A DNA stretch of 64,000 bases from Chlorokybus atmophyticus (lineage: Eukaryota > Plantae > Mesostigma and Chlorokybus algae): assembly GCA_009103225.1 (NCBI GenBank), contig RHPI01002112.1, forward strand, positions 280,150-344,149, in the 5' to 3' direction. Shown piece by piece: positions 60,659 through 64,000 of this stretch. How positions within the stretch are numbered: the stretch's first letter is position 1; every line of letters starts with the position of its first letter. The position numbers and the translations under genes are program-made. The notes under the pieces were generated by a model. That model saw only the letters and a list, made by a program, of their open reading frames with translations. It did no database searches and had not been told where the DNA came from.

Positions 60659-63600
60659 TCAGTAAGCCGCCACTCCTGTAGCAAGCGTGTCTGGAGACGC
60701 TTTGCGGTCGAGATAGAAAAGTGGAAAAGTCTCAAGCGGAGCCTTGACAACAACAAATTTCCCACCTCGGTACGTCTCATTGGTGTAGTGATGAACCCAA
60801 CGCGCGCCCCCGACAACAGGTTCAACATTACCGATGCGCGGGAGGTACACTTGGCGTTCTCTCGCGCCGTGCTCGAGAACAGGTGCTGCCATGTAGTCAG
60901 GTCCCAGCATGAACTGGTCCTCGACAACCCACGCGGCGGGGTCGTTCGGGAAGTCGAACCACAGCGGACGCATGGGCGGCACACCCTTTGACGACGCCAG
61001 ACGCATCTGCTGCATGATGTACGGACGTAGCCGCTCGCGAAGAAACAACAGCTCCTTGATGATGCCGTACGCAGTATCCCCGAAAGACCACACCTGTATT
61101 TGAGAACATGTTAGCTTAGTCATTGCTTAATTGTGGTACTAACCCAAGTATGCCACGCGGCATGTACCGACATAAGATTTTGTAGTGCGACATACCCACA
61201 GCATAGTGCGCGCGCACGTGTGCCTAAGAGCCAGTATGCGCATGTGTGTGCGCGTGTGTGCGTGTGCATGATATCCATACAGGTTTAACGTCAACTGAGA
61301 AGTTGTGTTTACCTCATTTGGACCGCCGCTGAACCCGCACGTTTGGCTATAGTCGTCCCCGGGGGCGCGGTCGCCGTGGAGGCGGAAGAGCGGGCAGAAG
61401 GCGCCGTACTGGAACCACCGCACAACCAACTCCTGGAACATGGGGTCCCTCACATCGCCGCCGTAAAAGCCACCAATGTCCGTCGTCCACCTGAGGACGA
61501 TGATGAATCGGTGTTGTTATTAGTATTTGCTGTTGTTGCACTTGACACTGCCACACGCACTGAATGTGATACATTCGATATCAATAAGACTCACCATGGG
61601 ATACTGCACTGAATTCGATACATACAATATGAATGAGACTCACCATGGGATACCGCTCATCATGATGTTGAGACCAGCTTTGACCTGCCAGGGCGGGTAG
61701 AGGAGGCTGTAAGTAACATTGCACACACCAACATACACGCAGTCATCAGTGTACCAAAGGTCCAACAATGGGCTACCTGGCGCTGCAGGGATGCGAAAGA
61801 GCTTTCGATGTCGCCGCTCCAAACAGCCGCACCATACCTACAAGCAGCATAACAGCCAAGCTTATACGGGCATAACGCTCCTGACTCGACATGTATTGTG
61901 GTCTCAATTATAACGTGCCAAGCCTCTTGTGGTTCTTCAAACACACCGTTGGCTTCCAGCGTAAGCACTTCTCGATAATGATAGTATGTCGGTGTCATTC
62001 TCTGCTAGCATGCCTTCATAAAAGGCCCTGGCATGCTCCCTCGCGTATACCAGCCCCACCTCCTTCCATGACCCTGCGCAGTAGTACAAGTGGGGAGGTG
62101 GAATGAGTGACTGTGTGAGAGCGCATGCACAGCGCAGCGTACGCATGTGTGCATGCGTGCGTGCGCGTGTGCGTATTTGAGAGGATGGCATAAATTGGGG
62201 TCTTTCTGGCCCGATGCTTAGAGCTTCAGGAGTCAAATGGGATCTTCGTAAAGTTGATAATTACGAGTGCTATGATGAACTAGATTGGTCTATACAATGG
62301 CAATCTGATGGCGATTGTTTAGCTCGATACCAAGTACGAATTGGTGAAATGAGAGAATCTATTAAAATAATTCAACAGGCATTAAAAGCTATTCCAGGTG
62401 GTCCCTACGAAAATCTTGAGGCACGCAGACTAAGTAAAGGACGAAAATCCGAGTGGAATAATTTTGAATATCAATTTATTGGAAAAAAACCTTCGCCAAC
62501 TTTTAAAATACCTAAGCAAGAACACTACGTACGAGTGGAAGCTCCTAAAGGTGAGCTAGGTGTATTTTTAATTGGTGATGATAATGTTTTTCCATGGCGC
62601 TGGAAGATTCGTGCACCAGGTTTTATAAATTTACAAATTCTTCCACAGTNGTACAAGGGCTGAAGTTAGCGTATCAGCAGCCCAACACGCTCAGCCAGTA
62701 CCTGTGCTGTACTGCCAGTTCTGGTTGTCCAGCTGCAGTGCTATGGTTTCAGGCTCATCAGCATCCAGCCACCACGCCTGCAAAGAGCGAAAGTGTATTG
62801 AAGTTGTTCACCGGCACAAATCGCACTGCACTCGCTTCACAAAACAACAACCTTGAGACGTTAATGCTATCTATGTGTGCGATGGGACAAGGTTCACTTA
62901 GCCCAGTTTGCTTAATGCATCTGACTGTATGACAGTAGCTGGAAGCCTGGCAATGCGAATTTTGCAGTTCTCCACACATGTTTGGCAGCCACATGTCCAA
63001 GCATGCAATGTCTCAAGTACATGCAGCGAGCGCAAGCACCTTGATGCCGCTGTCGTAGTAGTTGCGCTTCACTTGCTGCCAAATGAACTGTCTGGCCTCA
63101 GGCAGCGTCGGATCCAGCAGATACGTGTCTTCACCCCACACGCTCGCAAAGCCGTTGCCCGTCTCAATAAACACTCCTGCGTCACGCGCGGCCTCCCAGT
63201 TTTCACTCCTCATCGAGACTTTGGGCCACACAGACACCATCACCTGTACGGCACGCACGATTTCAAGCACACATGTTGCGTAGATGTGTCGGTGTGATGA
63301 AACCAACATAAACATACAACGCTTACTTTCACTCCTTGTTTTTCGAACTTGGCTGTCATGGCTTTTGGGTCTGGCCAACAGTTGGGACTGAGCTTCCAGT
63401 CGCCAAACTGTGGCCAATGGAAAAAGTCCACCACAATCACTGACAGCGGCAGGCCTCTGCGCTTGTACTCGCCCACCACAGACTCCAACTGTTCCTGCGA
63501 GCGATACCTGAGGGGTGTACAACAGTACTGAGTTTGCATGTTGCTTGTAAGAGTCAATATGTGTCAAACCTGATAGCCGTGCAAACACACGTGTGCATGG

Positions 63601-64000
63601 TCTACCTTAGCTTGCACTGCCAGAAGCCGCTTGCATACTCGGGAAGCACGGGTGCATGTCCCGTCGCATCTGCAAGAAAACCACCATTTACGCACACGCA
63701 CACGTGTGCGTAAATGGTGTACGCATGCATATGTGCGTATGTGTACTTGTTCTGTGTTGTCGCACACAGAACAAAAGGGGCAGCATTCTGTCCTGTGTGT
63801 TACCACACAACCTTACCGACATACAGCCTCTCTGGCACTGATGAACCCACCTACATAGTGCTCCATGATGGAAGCGGGCCAGCTGGTGGCATTCGCAGAG
63901 CTCGTTGTGACCCAATAATCCACTTGATGGCCGACTTCGGCCCGCCACCGCGTGCGATCCTGTCCTAATGACACGTACCCAAAGGCGGGGAGATTCCACA
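60659..64000 (-). CDS. Glycoside hydrolase family 31, alpha-xylosidase-like; 5' end beyond the window
   Basis: [15 protein letters not shown], nucleophile exon AWWLDADEP (62701-62778), [19 protein letters not shown] (acid/base), [47 protein letters not shown]. Confidence 0.93.
62181..62674 (+). pseudogene. ndhH: Plastid ndhH fragment (NUPT) inside a GH31 intron
   Basis: AT-rich segment translating to [23 protein letters not shown]...GDCLARY...EAPKGELG...[18 protein letters not shown]. It has no start codon or transit peptide and lies in the minus-strand intron about 62073-62700. Confidence 0.9.

Noticed and set aside
62214-62663. Functional nuclear-encoded ndhH gene
   Set aside because: Internal fragment only, with no N-terminus, transit peptide or promoter, and it lies inside another gene's intron.

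Overview
This is eukaryotic nuclear DNA, intron-rich, with N gaps at 5413-5635, 10218-10816 and 47794-47817. It is most likely from a streptophyte green alga. That is an inference from a plastid ndhH fragment, TTTAGGG-type telo-boxes, organelle transit peptides and a DNMT-bearing Gypsy element. The first 17 kb are transposons: a convergent PIF/Harbinger Myb-SANT plus DDE-nuclease gene pair (583-3319), then a full-length but decayed 12.5-kb Ty3/Gypsy LTR retrotransposon on the minus strand (4479-16993; TGTCG...CGACA termini, TGTA target-site duplication). The retrotransposon is the most unusual object here. Its pol region carries a DNMT3-like C5 cytosine methyltransferase between protease and RT, a PHD finger after the integrase, and about 900 aa of unrecognised protein between the zinc knuckles and protease. 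It has a candidate self-priming PBS complementary to its own LTR and no canonical polypurine tract. The rest holds spliced host genes: a BTB-BACK protein with an ALK/LTK-like glycine-rich domain, oligopeptidase B, an unknown protein, a MORN-repeat/HPD protein, a kinase-like pseudokinase, a GNAT acetyltransferase with a GC-AG intron, a HIPL1-like glucose/sorbosone dehydrogenase with a duplicated GPI-tail exon, presequence protease PreP, a Maf pyrophosphatase and a GH31 alpha-xylosidase-like gene with a plastid ndhH fragment inside one intron. All gene models were read by eye, so exon limits are approximate and no database search was run.
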